The position numbers and the translations under genes are program-made. Below the pieces are notes generated by a model. It saw only the letters and a list, made by a program, of their open reading frames with translations. It did no database searches and was not told where the DNA came from. DNA of 64,000 bases from Octopus vulgaris. Its lineage: Eukaryota. This document shows, piece after piece, positions 1 through 13,896 of this stretch. The stretch's first letter is position 1. Each line of letters starts with the position of its first letter. The stretch is taken from positions 67,828,001 to 67,892,000 of the forward strand of contig OX597826.1 of NCBI GenBank assembly GCA_951406725.2, written 5' to 3'.

Positions 1-99
1 CACGTACGAATTTCTTGGAGATGTGAATCAATCACATCAGTTGCTGAGAGTAGTAACGGCTTTAGTTTTACCAGCAGAGATCATGGAGATATTCAAGTG

Positions 100-1480
100 T
101 TTAACAGCTGCGATAAAATTAGCCATTAGCCAAATAGAATTCTTTGAAAGGCAGTCTAGCAATTGATATTGGTAACTGTTGAGATTTATTAATTGACATT
201 TCATGGCTTTGGTATACAGAAAATTGAAGTCTTCTACATTAAAGGCGCGCATTTGTCGACATGAGTAGAAATTCGCCTTTAGTGTATTCATTGAACTTAA
301 TAATCTCGATATTATTTTACATGGTGTTCTTAACCATTAGTCTTACACCATTGGATATACGAAGCTGACCTAAATTACACGGTTGCCTACAAGGCGTCCT
401 TTTATATCAGTTGAAGTCAGTACGGCGGTAGAATTGGAAGTTTTAAAGAATTAATTTCGATTTTTCTCAGGAATATTGAATGATGTCATCCATAGCTACG
501 TCATTATCACGTGATTTGTAGTTATGGATAGTCGTAGTAGCGTCTGAAACAACCACCAGTTGATGTTTCTGACCGCCCAACATTTGGGATAAAGGGCAAG
601 TATGGCATTTTTTTCACTACTGTTTTTATGTTATGTAATGCTGGTAACATAACGGGACATCTTCGTCATGAATTCATTTGATATATTCGGCATTCTATCG
701 CAAGGAAATCATACCATTTCAAATTGCTCAAATTTGTAGCCAAATTAACCAAGTAACTCCATTCTAGATTAATTTTTTTTTTCAATAAAAACTTCGATCA
801 AAAGTTTGTAGATACATTGAAAATGTTAATTTCAGTTGAAATATATGAGGTTTTAAGAAAAACCTAGATTACATCAACTTTTATTCTCACAGCGATCAAT
901 GATACTCTCTCACATAAGTAACCTTACATAATCATTTGAGAGCGACTGTCACGCACGTTTGCAGAGCTGACTTGTTCATTTAACCTCGGCCGTATTTTAG
1001 ATCACTTCTTCAGTTACTAAATTCATTCAAAAGAATGAGATCTGCCGCCTGATATCCAAAAGTGTTATCCGCGTTTTCGGTTCGCATAACGATGTTATAA
1101 TTCCGCACAGCAATAATTTTTGTATATCGTTTACAATTTCGCTGAGTCGTATTTGCATCTCAAAATTATCTGATTTGTGTTATGCATCTCCCTGCTCATT
1201 ATAACAGCAACATCCTTGCATTCTGGTGTACTAGAAGGATTCTTGCTTCGATGAATGGTAATTTGGAACTCCCGTGTCGAACTCACTCCAATGCACGCTT
1301 GAAAATTATGACACGGTTGTTCTTTAAATGAAGCGTGTCTTTTAATCTCTTCTACCCTTTCCATTGCCAATGTTTTCCGTCATCCTTTTCTTTCGCAAAA
1401 CTCCAATTTTTCTTCACATTTCTATATCTTCTTGCAATCGAATTAGATACTAACATTAAGCGTTGCAGAAAAGAAAAAAG
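100..1480 (-). mobile_element. Decayed Helitron Rep/PIF1-helicase relic
   Basis: Minus-strand translation gives INSLKLPILPPY*LQL...NLGQLRISNGVRLMVKN and CRRLQFSVYQSHEMSINKSQQLPISIARL...NG*FY. These match the Helitron helicase motifs LNSL.P.GLPPH.L.L, RNL...LCNGTRL.VK and KRLQFPV...FAMTINKSQGQ. ORF 1131-1370 (KDVAVIMSREMHNTNQIILRC) resembles the Helitron N-terminal region. Many stops and frameshifts. Confidence 0.8.
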
Positions 1481-1749
1481 ATACGCTTGTGACAATCTTT
1501 TACCTAATTATTACATTCAAATTTATATTTCTTCAATTTTTCTTTAAGTGACAATTGCGGTTTTATTCATAAGGAGATAGCATGTACAGGCGAAAGGTAC
1601 ACTTGAACTCTCACTCACAACTCTTGGTTTCTTACTTTGATTAAATAAAATGATTTGAATAAAGGAACGGCAAAGCAAATAAAAATGTGAGAAAAATCAA
1701 GGCAGACAAGGTTAACTAATTGGCTGCAGGAATATATCAAAGTGTGACT

Positions 1750-1751
<2 letters not shown>

Positions 1752-1802
<51 letters not shown>
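1752..1802. repeat. (GA)n microsatellite
   Basis: Direct read. Confidence 0.97.
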
Positions 1803-1806
<4 letters not shown>

Positions 1807-1860
1807 GTTCCGAATATGCTGAACAGAAAATGGTAGAGATATCTTTGAAAACAACTGAGA

Positions 1861-2468
1861 CGAAATACCAATTTCTTTACTACCCACAAGGGGCTAAACA
1901 CAGCGAGGATAAACAAGGACAGACAAACGGATTAAGTCGATTAGATCGCCCCCAGTGCGTAACTGATACTTATTTAATCGACTCCGAAAGGATGAAAGGC
2001 AAAGTCAACCTCGGCGGAATTTGGACTCAGAACGTAGTGACAAACGAAATATCTATTCCTTTACTACCGACAAGGGGTTAAACACAGAGGCGGCAAACAA
2101 GGACAGACAAACGGATCAAATCAATTATATCGACCCCAGTGCGCAACTGGTACTTAATTTATCGACCCCGAAAGGATGAGAGGCAAAGTCAACATCGGCG
2201 GAATTTGAACTCAGAATGTAACGGCATACGAAATACCTATTTCTTTACTAACCACAAGGGGCTAAAGATAGAGAGGACAAACAAGGACAGACATACGGAT
2301 TAAATCAATTATATCGCCCCCAGTGCGTAACTGGTTCTTAATTTATCGACCCTGAAAGGATGAAAGGTAAAGTCGACCTCGGCCGAATTTGAACTCAGAA
2401 CGTAGCGGCAGACGAAATACAGCTAAGCATTTCGCCCGGCGTGGTAACGTTTCTGCCAGCTCGCCGCC
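1861..2468 (-). mobile_element. tRNA-derived SINE family A, three tandem ~190-bp body units behind a single head
   Basis: Head GGCGGCGAGCTGGCAGAAACG (reverse complement ends at 2468). B-box-like GAGTTCAAATTC. The body motif GCCTTTCATCCTTTCGGGGTCGATAAATTAAGTACCAG recurs three times. Confidence 0.9.
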
Positions 2469-3619
2469 ATATTTAGCCTTATAATATTGATACACATATC
2501 ATCAAGTTTCCGATGATCCGGTTTCCGTCTTCTTTGTTAAAGTTGCTGCTATTTTATCGTAACGTATTATCCTGGAGATATTCTCCCATTGTTCTTCTAT
2601 ACTATCTTCCATGCTTTTAATTATTTCATTTTTTTTCTATCTTATTGCCCGATTTATGATGGCTAGGTTTAAAATTTTCATTTCTTAAAATATTTTCTTA
2701 TTTCCTTTTACATATATTTTTGTATGCCTGGCTCTGATTTCGTTTTTGCTTGTCACTATTCTAGATTTTTTCTATTCGTTGCCTATTGTAATTTGCACAA
2801 GTATATCTATCACAGTGATTAATCATACAAATGTTTTTATTTTTGTTTTAATGTTTTACAATCAAGTACAGCCATTTTCGTTGTGCGCACATATTTTTAC
2901 GTGTTATATTTCATTTCAACTAGTTATCGAATCCGAGAAAGCATTTTTTACTAAGTGTATGAATCCAACGTAATATTTAGTCAACGATATTGTCATAAAT
3001 CCGTGTTTTGTGTAGAATGTAGCAGTAAAAAAGACGCGTCATTCAGAGACATATCACTCACATCACCATTTCTGCTTTTCCTGCATTATTTGTGTGGCTT
3101 GATGAGCAAACACTAGCCGTTTATTTCGATTGCCATCATTTCCAAGAAGTGTTGTTTCTTTTGTTTCCAATGACGACAAGTATTCCAGCCTACAATTATC
3201 GAAAATTTATTCATCAATTTCAAGGCACCATGTATTTCTCTTTTAACCTTGGGCCGAACGATAAGGTTTTAATTTGTATTATTTGTTATTTTTCGCATGC
3301 AGGGGCAAATCGATGTGGTGTCTAATATAAACCATAATCCGTTAGTTTGTTTACACGTAGTGTCAGATGAGATTGCCAACCACAATGAACATTTACAATG
3401 CATTAATTATATAACGCAAAGATCAATAAATTTCACAAGTATTGCTTACGCAATCATCCTTCAAAATATTTCTTCTTATTTTTTCTTCGTTTCTATTTGA
3501 TTTGCTATATTTTAATTGAGGTTATTGGATATTTTTGTAGCAGTCAAATAACATCCTCTCTTTCTCTTTCAATTTCTCACTCTTTTCTTCTTCTTCTACT
3601 ACTTCTTTTTCTTCGCCTG

Positions 3620-3711
3620 AACATCATCATCATCATCATCACTACCTTAATAATAATAATGATGTCAATAATAATAATAATAATAATAATAATAATCATA
3701 ATAATAATAAT

Positions 3712-3788
<77 letters not shown>

Positions 3789-3881
3789 TTAATAATAATA
3801 ATAATAATAATAATAAAAATACTAATAATAATAATAATAATAATAATATAAATAATAATTAATAATAATAATAATATAAAT

Positions 3882-3931
<50 letters not shown>

Positions 3932-3984
3932 GTAATAATAATAATAATAATGATAATAATAATAATAATGATAGTAATAATAAT

Positions 3985-4022
<38 letters not shown>

Positions 4023-4070
4023 TAATAATAATAATAATAGTAATAATAATAATAATAATAATAATACTAC

Positions 4071-4116
<46 letters not shown>

Positions 4117-4151
4117 TATACTAATAATAATAATAATAATAATAATTATAC

Positions 4152-4200
<49 letters not shown>

Positions 4201-4280
4201 AATAATAGTAACAATAATAATTAATAATAATAATAATAGTAATAATAATAATAATTATGATGATGATGATAATAATTATA
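3620..4280. repeat. Long (TAA)n microsatellite
   Basis: Direct read; source of the poly-I/poly-N ORFs. Confidence 0.98.
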
Positions 4281-4447
4281 ACCATAATTTCTCTGGACAT
4301 ACAACCGTTCAGAGACAACTCGGTAATAATTAATTATATACAAAACTCGCTGTAACAACAATGTCATGACCAGAACTAGTTATGGTGTCGCACGACGCAG
4401 ACCTTCTTCGATGATATTATTGACGTGGATATAACATTAAGAAGATG

Positions 4448-4615
4448 CTACTGCTGTTGCTTGTCTTTGCAAAAGTAACGCTGGCGGTGAAGAGACGGTG
4501 GGTGCGTGAAACGGTTGTTTCGATCTCGTCTGCAAATAGCCACAGAGCAGCCATAGTGTCTGTCTGTACTAAAAGAGAGCGAATCGATACGAATGCAAAG
4601 TGGGCGACTAAGCAC
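4448..4615 (-). CDS. Possible terminal coding exon of an unidentified gene (VLSRPLCIRIDSLSFSTDRHYGCSVAICRRDRNNRFTHPPSLHRQRYFCKDKQQQ*)
   Basis: Non-repetitive, GC-richer island. Minus-strand acceptor CTCTTCACTTATTTTTAG|G at 4616/4615; phase-0 frame open for 55 codons to TAG at 4450-4448. No homology recognised and phase uncertain. Confidence 0.3.
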   Translation of the reverse strand: MLSRPLCIRIDSLSFSTDRHYGCSVAICRRDRNNRFTHPPSLHRQRYFCKDKQQQ

Positions 4616-4752
4616 CTAAAAATAAGTGAAGAGTATATGTTGTTGTCAATTTCCACATTTAATAGGAAAAAGGTTGCATATTGTTATGGTTATGTGTATA
4701 TATATATATATTCATATACGTATATATTATATAATCACGTTTCCGTTTAGAA

Positions 4753-4816
<64 letters not shown>

Positions 4817-4870
4817 CATTTACTTGCTTCCCATGCCGCGGCACGTACATATGTGTGCGAGTAAGACATG

Positions 4871-4902
<32 letters not shown>

Positions 4903-5314
4903 CATGTATGTATGTACGTAAACATCAATATAAACTTGCATATATATATGGTTTAATAGAAATCTGTTATATTTATGTATATGTTGACCATAAGAAATGC
5001 GTACGTGTGTGAAAGCGTCCGTCGTAGGTATAGTGTCACACAATCACAGGTATATAATATATCGCTATATAAATATTTAAATCGGTAAAAAAATACACAA
5101 ATTATTATAAAATATATATGTTATTATTCTTCAGATTGCTTCAGGTATGAGACAGCGGCGATGATGTTGTGTGACCTTGCCCGTTTTAGGCAATCAACTC
5201 CGGAACGCTTGAAATCTAGTAATTATACTGAAATTTCTTTCTACCAACCTGCTATTGTTCCTCGTAGGTGTGAGTCCATCACCGTTTTTGTAGTATTTAG
5301 AGGAAAACAGAAAG

Positions 5315-5633
5315 CCCTCAATCCGCAAAGTCGACCACGGCGGAATTTGAACTGAGAACGTAAAGACAGACGAAATGCCGCTAAACATTTCGCCAGCGCG
5401 CTAACATTACTTATTTCTCTATTACCCACAGGGAGCTAAACATAGAGGGGGCAAACAAGGACAGACAAAGGGATTAATTCGATTATTTCGACCCCAGTGC
5501 GTGACTAGTACTTAATTTATCGACCCGGAAAGGATGAAAGGCAGAGTCAACCTCGGTGGAATTTGAACTCAGAACGTAGCGGCAGACGAAATACGGCTAC
5601 GCATTTCGCCCGGCGTGCTAACGTTTCTGCCAG
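5315..5633 (-). mobile_element. SINE family A (two partial units)
   Basis: Same motifs as 1861-2468. Confidence 0.88.
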
Positions 5634-5865
5634 TTTTTTTCATTATAAAATAAAATCAACAAGCTAATTTGCACATTAGGAATAGAATCTTTAAGTGGAA
5701 CATTAAAAATATGCAAGACTGTCCTCAAGTTTCCACAAATGTTTTCTACATTTCAACGATGGAGATTTGTATCTTTGCTTGTTGGAGACCAACTCCTTTC
5801 TCACTGGAAGAATTTAAGTAATTAAAACTGAGGCGACGAAACATACACACACATGCATACATAGG

Positions 5866-5918
<53 letters not shown>

Positions 5919-6284
5919 CATATATATGTATGTGTGTGTGTGTGTGCATATATATTTATAGGGTGAAAAATTCGTAGCGAGATTCCACGTAGTGGTAAAT
6001 ATAAAATAAGATTTGAGGTGAAAAAACACAGAAATCTTGTTTGTTTAGATAAAGATTATTTAATCTATTACAAGCAGAAGTTAACGTGACTATATCATAG
6101 ATTTCACAAATAAAAGACGAACCAGAAAAAAAGAAAGCAAAGAATACCTTCCCTTTAGCTAAAAAAAACATTATATTCACTGATTATCCCTCATGAGCTA
6201 TACCCTCCTGTATAACCACAAACCTGTATCATACCCGCTTCTACGTAAGATTAAATAAAAAAAAACTTAAGATTTCATAACACT

Positions 6285-6318
6285 GAGTCATGATTAGAGA
6301 AACGAAACCGGTTGACTC
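6285..6318 (+). ncRNA. Degenerate minimal hammerhead ribozyme
   Basis: GAGTC-aTGAttA-gagaaac-GAAA-ccgg-TT-GACTC: stem I GAGTC/GACTC, palindromic stem III ACCGGT, two core mutations. Confidence 0.55.
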
Positions 6319-6414
6319 TGTACATATGGTAATGAATTAAATAATATTTATCTACACAATCAAGATTTCTCTGCTTTTGCATCTTCAATCTTATTGTGTA
6401 TATAAATTCCAAGA

Positions 6415-6972
6415 AAGTTAGAGGTTGTGAATCCAACCAGCTGAGGGATAAAATCTATCCAATATACTGCTGGTAGAATACCCAATTGTTAATACACAAA
6501 TGGTTTTTATTGCATTGCAATTACATCAGTAAGTGTATTAAATGGGTGAAGGTAAAGAGTTATTTTACCATTATTTTGTAGAGCAATAAGAAAATGGAGG
6601 GGGTCAATAGGTGTTATTCATCAACTTTTAGTCATTATATTATGTCAATTTATTTCTTTACTAAAATGACAATTACAACAATATACATACATGTATAACA
6701 TATTATGCTTTACATATACAATATATGAAATATATAAAGATACCAGTCATTATTAAAATATAAAACATAGAAAAATAGAAATTGGGCATTGTTATATATT
6801 TTAATTATTACTGGTATCTTTATATATTTTATATTATATATATATATAAAGTGTATGTTATATATGTGTATATATTGTTGTAATTGTCATTTTAATAAAT
6901 AAATAAATTGACATAATATATTGTCTAAAAGTTGATGAATACCAACTCTTGATCTCCTTCATTTTCTTATAG

Positions 6973-6976
<4 letters not shown>
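6415..6976. repeat. Dispersed repeat ending in a diverged ~190-bp-arm inverted repeat (6580-6976)
   Basis: AGAGCAATAAGAAAATGGAGG...TTCATCAACTTTTAG versus CTAAAAGTTGATGAATACC...CATTTTCTTATAGCTCT. 6415-6630 has a reverse-complement copy at about 58985-59205. Confidence 0.85.
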
Positions 6977-7014
<38 letters not shown>

Positions 7015-7520
7015 CACTCACACACATATAGATGTAAGCATACTGGTGTGCACATATTCATACATATCACTAACACTTAACTGCATACTTGACATGAAGC
7101 TGGATATGAGCGTGAGCGGAGGAAGCTTGCTTGCCTGTGTACGTACAATGCACTCTGCAATGAACTTCTGTCATGTGACGTTTTGATGCTTATTACGTAA
7201 TAGGCATTATGTATAATGATTATTTCCTCTTGTGTTCTCTCGTAGGTGTACGCGTCAGCAATTGGACATGCGTATTCGCTCACTTCTGCTTTCGTGCATG
7301 TCTGTTAATGTGTTAATGATTAGAGCAGGTGCATAGGGGTGTATGCGGAATATATGCAGCAGTTAATAGGCACTTGAGTATTTGAGTGTATAATTAATTA
7401 TATTAGCCTATGCAATTAGGAATTTTCCATAAAATACCTGCTTCTCTTTGCATATATGTGTGCATGTAACCATACATACTACATACACACATATATGCAC
7501 ATAGCTGCACACAAGTATAT

Positions 7521-7563
<43 letters not shown>

Positions 7564-7797
7564 TGTGTATGTGCATGTATGTATATATTTAAGGATAGAT
7601 ACATATTCGCACATACACACGCTCCCGACATATGTGCACACACACTCAACATCGCACTCTCATACACAGCTACAATTATATATATATATATACACACACA
7701 ACACAACACTCACTCACATCCACAGATACACAGACACATACAGACACACACACACACACATATATATATACACACACACACACACACATATACACAT

Positions 7798-7829
<32 letters not shown>

Positions 7830-8091
7830 CGCCTTCTCCTTCGAAACGTAGAGTAGATGAAACCATTGGCGACTGAAGAAGGGGCTTTTTCCTTGTGTTA
7901 TTTGTCCTGTACTCTTTTTTTTTTAAAGGAAAATGTCCAGTTCCTTGGGTTTGTGTCTATGTTTTCGTTTCTCATTGTGTTCGACGTTATTTTTGGTGTC
8001 CTGTACTCATATATGCGTGTATATATACATGTAGAGGTAGGTACGTACATATATGTTTATATATATGCATATATTTTATTTATTAATATAT

Positions 8092-8135
<44 letters not shown>

Positions 8136-8436
8136 AACACGACACACGCAAGTGTTCTACGCGCAACGTAGGTGCTATACTTATATATATTCCTCCTCAT
8201 CCCTTCTGGGAAACTTCGAACTTGAATTTGATTATTCTAATTTTAATAGATATATGTCGATTAGCGCGTTGAAGTGTTGAGTAAAGCACTGGCACAGTTT
8301 GGACTACGTGGCTTCATCGGCAGTCGGTGTATATTTTCATTGGATCTACTTAAAAAATTCCGCAGTCTTAGTTGAGATAATAATTACTATTATTACTTAA
8401 ATAACGAGAATATGTATTTAGTATTAATCTTTATTT

Positions 8437-8535
8437 TGTACAGGGGTCGTTTCGGTTCTTCCTGCTACTACCCATTATAGATGGAACTAATTTTATGTGT
8501 GAACCAATTTTGCAATCTGGGCCTCATCAGGTACA
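8437..8535 (-). ncRNA. Degenerate hammerhead-like motif, inverted relative to the downstream PLE
   Basis: Minus strand TGTAC-CTGATGA-gg...cc-GAAAC-gacccct-GTACA; stem III and cleavage triplet damaged. Confidence 0.4.
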
Positions 8536-8788
8536 CCTATACATAAAATATCTCGCTAAAGATGCTGAGTTTTGACTGTCATATAGTTATAAGCCCGTTT
8601 GGTTAAGGAATGGATCATCGCTACAATTTTCAGTTACTACTATCTTTTGTCAATAAGCGTTGCACACAATTGTAAATATGGCAAATAACTGCTGATTTGA
8701 AAGAAAAGTTCGTAGGGGAGGTTAATAGATGGACTGGAAGGGACTGAGTTACACTGGGTTTAAGACAAGGATAGTACTTGAAGAAGGA

Positions 8789-8878
<90 letters not shown>

Positions 8879-8989
8879 CTTGTACTATCTAGTTGGAGAA
8901 ATGTTGTTTAGCTAGCTAGCTAACTTATATCTGGATTCGTATGCATACATATACACAATTTCGCTCGCGCATGCACTCTTACAGAGGAG

Positions 8990-10720
8990 GTTGGCCCACA
9001 CGCCCATACGGTCAATCTCTGTCGTCGTTCGTATAATTCAGGATTAGAAGATAACTTCATGAGTAGTGTGTCGTTACGCTCGCCTCGAGACTGGGGTAAT
9101 ACGCAGATACCTTTTCTAGCCGGAAAATTACCTCGAAGAACTTCCGGAACGCGTTTTCCAGGTTTTTATCATTGGAACTTTAAAATTTATACTTCAGAAC
9201 AATTATTTCCTGTTTAATGACAACTGCTATCGACATATGTAGAATTATGATGGGAACGAAGGCAGCGCATGTTATTGTGAACCTAATAATGGGCTAAGGC
9301 GGTGAGCTGGTAGAAATGTTAGCACACCGGGCCAATACTTAGCGGTGTTTCGTCTGTCTTTACGTTCTGAGTTCAAATTCCGTCGAGGTCGACTTTGTCT
9401 TCTATCCTTTCAGTGTCGATAAATTAAGTACAAGTTGCGTTCTGGGGTTGATCTAATCGAGTGACCCCCTCCGCCAAAATTTCAGGCCATGTGCCTACAG
9501 TAGAAAAGGAACGTAATAATGGGATAATTTTGAATTCACTACATACGAAGTGCTATTGTAAAATATGGATATCCATTTTACCATTATATAAGAGAAAACT
9601 AGAAAAGATATCTTGATGACTGCTGTATCATTTGGAATGAAAGCATTGAGGAGCCTTTGGAATTTAAATCAATACTAAAGAATATAAATTCTAACATTCA
9701 GTTTATAATGGAATATAGCAAACAACAGCTCCCTTTTTTACATATTCTGATTAAAATGTCAAAAAACAAATTGTAACTGAAATTTATCATAAACCAACAG
9801 ACTTGAAGCAATATATTCTGTTTATCTCATACCACTCGAAACGTATCAAAAGTAATATTCCCTTTAATTTAGTGAAAAATATTTGAACATTAGTGCCAAA
9901 TGGAAATACACGGGACCTCCTTCTTTAAGACCTCAGAGCATCACTAACTGAAAGACACTATCCACCCTCACTTATAGATGATGGAATTAAACGGACCAAG
10001 AATATAGGCATTAAAACACCAAGGGAAACAAAACGAAACACCACGCCTCGTCTCAATATACTACCGTATGTATCAGTTCGCAAACGTAGGAGCAATGAGG
10101 TGTACAAAACTATGATGCAAATTCTGACTAGAAATCCAAAAATGAACAAAATTCTGAAAGCATATAGATTCGTCAAACGTAAAGAGCAACCCGAATCGCT
10201 GAAAAACCTCCTGACAAATGTGAAGATTTACACAACAACCACTAAACTAGTGGTTACAAAATATGGACGTCCAAACTGTGGAACATGCTCCAACCTACTG
10301 GAAGTCTTAGAATTCCAATTCAAACAATTTCACTTGTGCATCCGAGAATTTACTTTATATTATAACTTGTTCAGGTTATGAACATAACTATATAGGACAG
10401 ACACGTATGGCACTTAGACGGAGAACTCCACTACATAAAGAACATATCAAATTCCCAAATTATAGATAGATACATTAGGACGAACACACAGAGAGATGTG
10501 CAGGGAATCTCCAATCAAATATCAATGATTTCCTTATCTACCAGTGAGAAGAAAGACTTTCTATGCGAGAACTTTTTAATAAAAAACATTTATTTATCGA
10601 AAAATACAGAACGGTTAAACCAAACTTTGGTGACACTATGTATTTTAATTTATGACCACATATCCATCACTGTACATATTTCATCTCACTACTTTAGTTT
10701 ATAATTTTTTGTTTATTTAT
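8990..10720 (+). mobile_element. Penelope-like retroelement relic (RT + GIY-YIG endonuclease)
   Basis: KFILQNNYFLFN...MGTKAAHVIVNLIMG; KRYLDDC at about 9605-9623; IYHKPTD; GRPNCGTC zinc motif; FTCASENLLYIITCSG...NYIGQT (GIY-YIG). Frameshifted. Confidence 0.9.
9294..9513 (+). mobile_element. SINE family A inserted in the PLE RT, 10-bp TSD
   Basis: TAATAATGGG at 9284-9293 and 9514-9523. Confidence 0.9.
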
Positions 10721-10945
10721 TTATCCCTCCCCAAAATGAGTAATTACCCCCCCCCTTCCCGAGTAATAGCGCGATCACCAATTACCTCCCCTAAGATTTT
10801 TCTACTTCTTGAGTCTTTTACAAACTTTCATACAAGAACATGGACTAAAATCGTCTAAAGAAAATACGAACTTACAATATCTTCAATTTCATGATTAGTG
10901 AAAGAGAAACCAGTAGACAACCATAATACCCTTTCATTTAAATTG

Positions 10946-11036
<91 letters not shown>

Positions 11037-11042
11037 CTATAC

Positions 11043-11578
11043 ATATAAGCTAATGAGTACTAACTTACAAGCTATATTATCATACTAGAGTAGGAGAATA
11101 CCGGACAAAGAACAAAGAAAATATCAATATTCAACGGTCGGAAATTAGCGGAGAGATTGAGACACAAATTGTATACGAGACATTTACAAACACAATCTAC
11201 CACAGGCAAATGACAGCCGATCCTATTGAACAGCTGTCTTGCCTTTCTTTTGTGCATTTTCCTTCTATTATTATATATATGTATGTGTGTATATATATAT
11301 ATGTACTTATATAGAGAGTGAAGAGAGATATAAAGAGAGAGAGAAAAAGAGAGTGTGTATGCATGAGAGAGAAAGAGAGGCAAGAGAGCAGTTCAATAAA
11401 ATTGGTTGTATTTTGCCTGTAGGGGGCTGTGTTTGTAAATGTTTCGTATATAATTTATGTTTCAATGCCTATGTTACTTCCCGCACATTCAATATTAATG
11501 TACTTTTGTTCTTCGTTTGTTATTCTACTACTCTAGCAAACTTATATAGATTGTACATTAAAAATCATTAGCTTATAT
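11043..11578. repeat. Diverged inverted-repeat element (~200-bp arms) flanked on both sides by (TA)n
   Basis: Arms about 11043-11247 and 11375-11578. The opposite-strand ORF translations mirror each other (FNRIGCHLPVVDCVCKCLVYNLC versus FNKIGCILPVGGCVCKCFVYNLC). Confidence 0.85.
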
Positions 11579-11597
11579 ATATGTATGTATATATATG

Positions 11598-11659
<62 letters not shown>

Positions 11660-11766
11660 CATATATAATATATACATATAAATATATATATATATCACGA
11701 CACATATATATAATATATAATATAATATGATATAATATATATATATATATATTATAAATTATATGC

Positions 11767-11798
<32 letters not shown>

Positions 11799-11889
11799 CA
11801 AAAATGAAGGTGAAAAATTAGATATTAATTTAAACGGAGCTATTTCTAGCACTAGAGTTGACCTATTTAACGTTAACTCTCTTATATTT

Positions 11890-11947
<58 letters not shown>

Positions 11948-11968
11948 ATGTATACATATATGTGTGTG

Positions 11969-12012
<44 letters not shown>

Positions 12013-12754
12013 TACATATGTGTGTACATATATATGTATATATATTTATATATTGGCTGAAACAGCGGACAACTGATGAAGGGTCGTTCTTTATGTTACT
12101 TGTCTTGTTTTCCATTGTTTCTCTCGTTGTTCGCAAAAATTAGTTTCTCTTCGTATTTCGAGTTGCTTTTCTTATTTCATGTTGTTTACGTTTTGTCACT
12201 TTCTGTATGTTTGTGGTTTGACGTACATGACGTCTCTTTCTAGCTTATACGAATGCTAGCGCCTGTGCACTTCGTTATAATTGTATTTTATACAATTATA
12301 TTTCTCTCTATATGAAGTTTACCTAAAAGCTTACTTATATTTACTGGCCTGATAAAAGCTCTTAAATTTAATGATTTAAAAAGTAAAAGAATGACCTTAC
12401 TCGTGGTTCTAATCAGTTTAAATTATTATTCTCCAATTTTTTAGTAATCTAAATTTTACACTTTAATTCGTAGAACTCCAGTCCTATCCCTCGCACAATT
12501 TCCCTAGTTTAACCCTTCCCTCCTTCAGACGAGTCCAGAAACTGCGTGGCATCCTGGTCTTCAGATTGTTCCCAGCCACATCACCGACTCCTTTATCTGC
12601 ACTTCGATTAAAGTCATTTACTGCATCTCCTGCTCTTTCTGTACCTCTGTACATCAGTCAAACGGGATGCCGACTGACTGGTTCGCGGAACACCTCCGAG
12701 ACATTGGACTCGACAATGACACCCCGGTCTAGATAAAAAAAGCCCAAGGCTCTC

Positions 12755-13115
12755 TCTTTACTCTCTTTACCCTTTTACTTGTTTCAGTCATTTGACTGCG
12801 GCCATGCTGGAGCACCGCCTTTTAGTCGAGCAAATCGACCCCGGGACTTATTCTTTGGAAGCCCAGTACTTATTCTCTCGGTCTCTTTTGCCGAACCGCT
12901 AAGTGACAGGGACGTAAACACACCAGCATCGGTTGTCAAGCAATGCTAAGGGGACAAACACAGACACACAAACACATTTGTATTAGTTTCCGTCTACCAA
13001 ATCCACTTACAAGGCTATAGCAGAAGACACTTGCCCAAGATGCCACGCAGTGGGACTGAACCCAGAACCATGTGGTTGGTTAGCAAGCTACTTACCACAC
13101 AGCCACTCCTGCGCC
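12755..13115 (-). mobile_element. SINE family B (CORE-like, normally with an internal microsatellite)
   Basis: Head GGCGCAGGAGTGGCTGTGTGGTAAG, CORE-like CTTGGGCAAGTGTCTT, tail GGCGGTGCTCCAGCATGGCCGCAGTCAAATGACTGAAACAAGTAAAAG. Confidence 0.9.
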
Positions 13116-13844
13116 TATGCTGTGTAGATTATATTTTTATTTTCTTATATTATTAAGCACTGACCAGCAAACCATCTAAATTCCCTAAATTCTTAATTCG
13201 TTACTACTAACCCTCTCTTTGCCCCATCACTTAGACTCTATCGCTATGCATTTGTCACTCCATTACCTTTTATCCCCCCATCAACTCATGCCTTTTATCA
13301 CCCCCATTCCTTCTATATTCTTACTCTCTAATACCTTTCTCTCTCTATCACTCCTACTTTCAAATTACCTCCACTGACCCCTAACTGGTACACTTACCCT
13401 TATCTACATCTTTGTGTTTCCATTTTCATATTTCTTTCTTTCGTTTATTCCTCTCTTCCTGTTTTTTATATTTTATTATTATAGTTTTTATTATTTTTTA
13501 TTACTTTCTTCTCTCATTTTTCTCTTCTTTTTCTCTTTCTTTATTCTTCTCTTCCTGTTTTCAATTTGACCCTACTAAAACACTCCCTATCTTTAGGTCA
13601 CTTTAAGTAAAACCCTTGATTCAATAACAGTGTATAAACTCTATACTGGGAATGACCAATTTTAAATACTATTGGGTATTACTCATAAGGTATTGGAATA
13701 TTATATGGATAACATTCTGCCTAAAAAAAAAATGGATCTTCAGATACAATATCCCTACACATTTGACGTCTATTTTCTTTCCTCCACCTCACTCTCTATT
13801 TTGTATCTTATCTAAATCAACTATTATTAAACCATCCTCTCACA

Positions 13845-13896
13845 CCGTGTCCGATGAAGGGATATAATAAATATCCTGGAAACAGCTGTAAGACCT
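13845..13896 (+). ncRNA. PLE-terminal minimal hammerhead ribozyme (U4C variant, weak stem I)
   Basis: CCGATGA (13851-57), stem II GGGATAT/ATATCCT, GAAA (13881-84), palindromic stem III ACAGCTGT, GUA triplet. Confidence 0.6.

Noticed and set aside
1861-2468. CRISPR-like regularly spaced repeats
   Set aside because: The units are entire ~190-bp SINE bodies without unique spacers; eukaryotic context and no cas genes.
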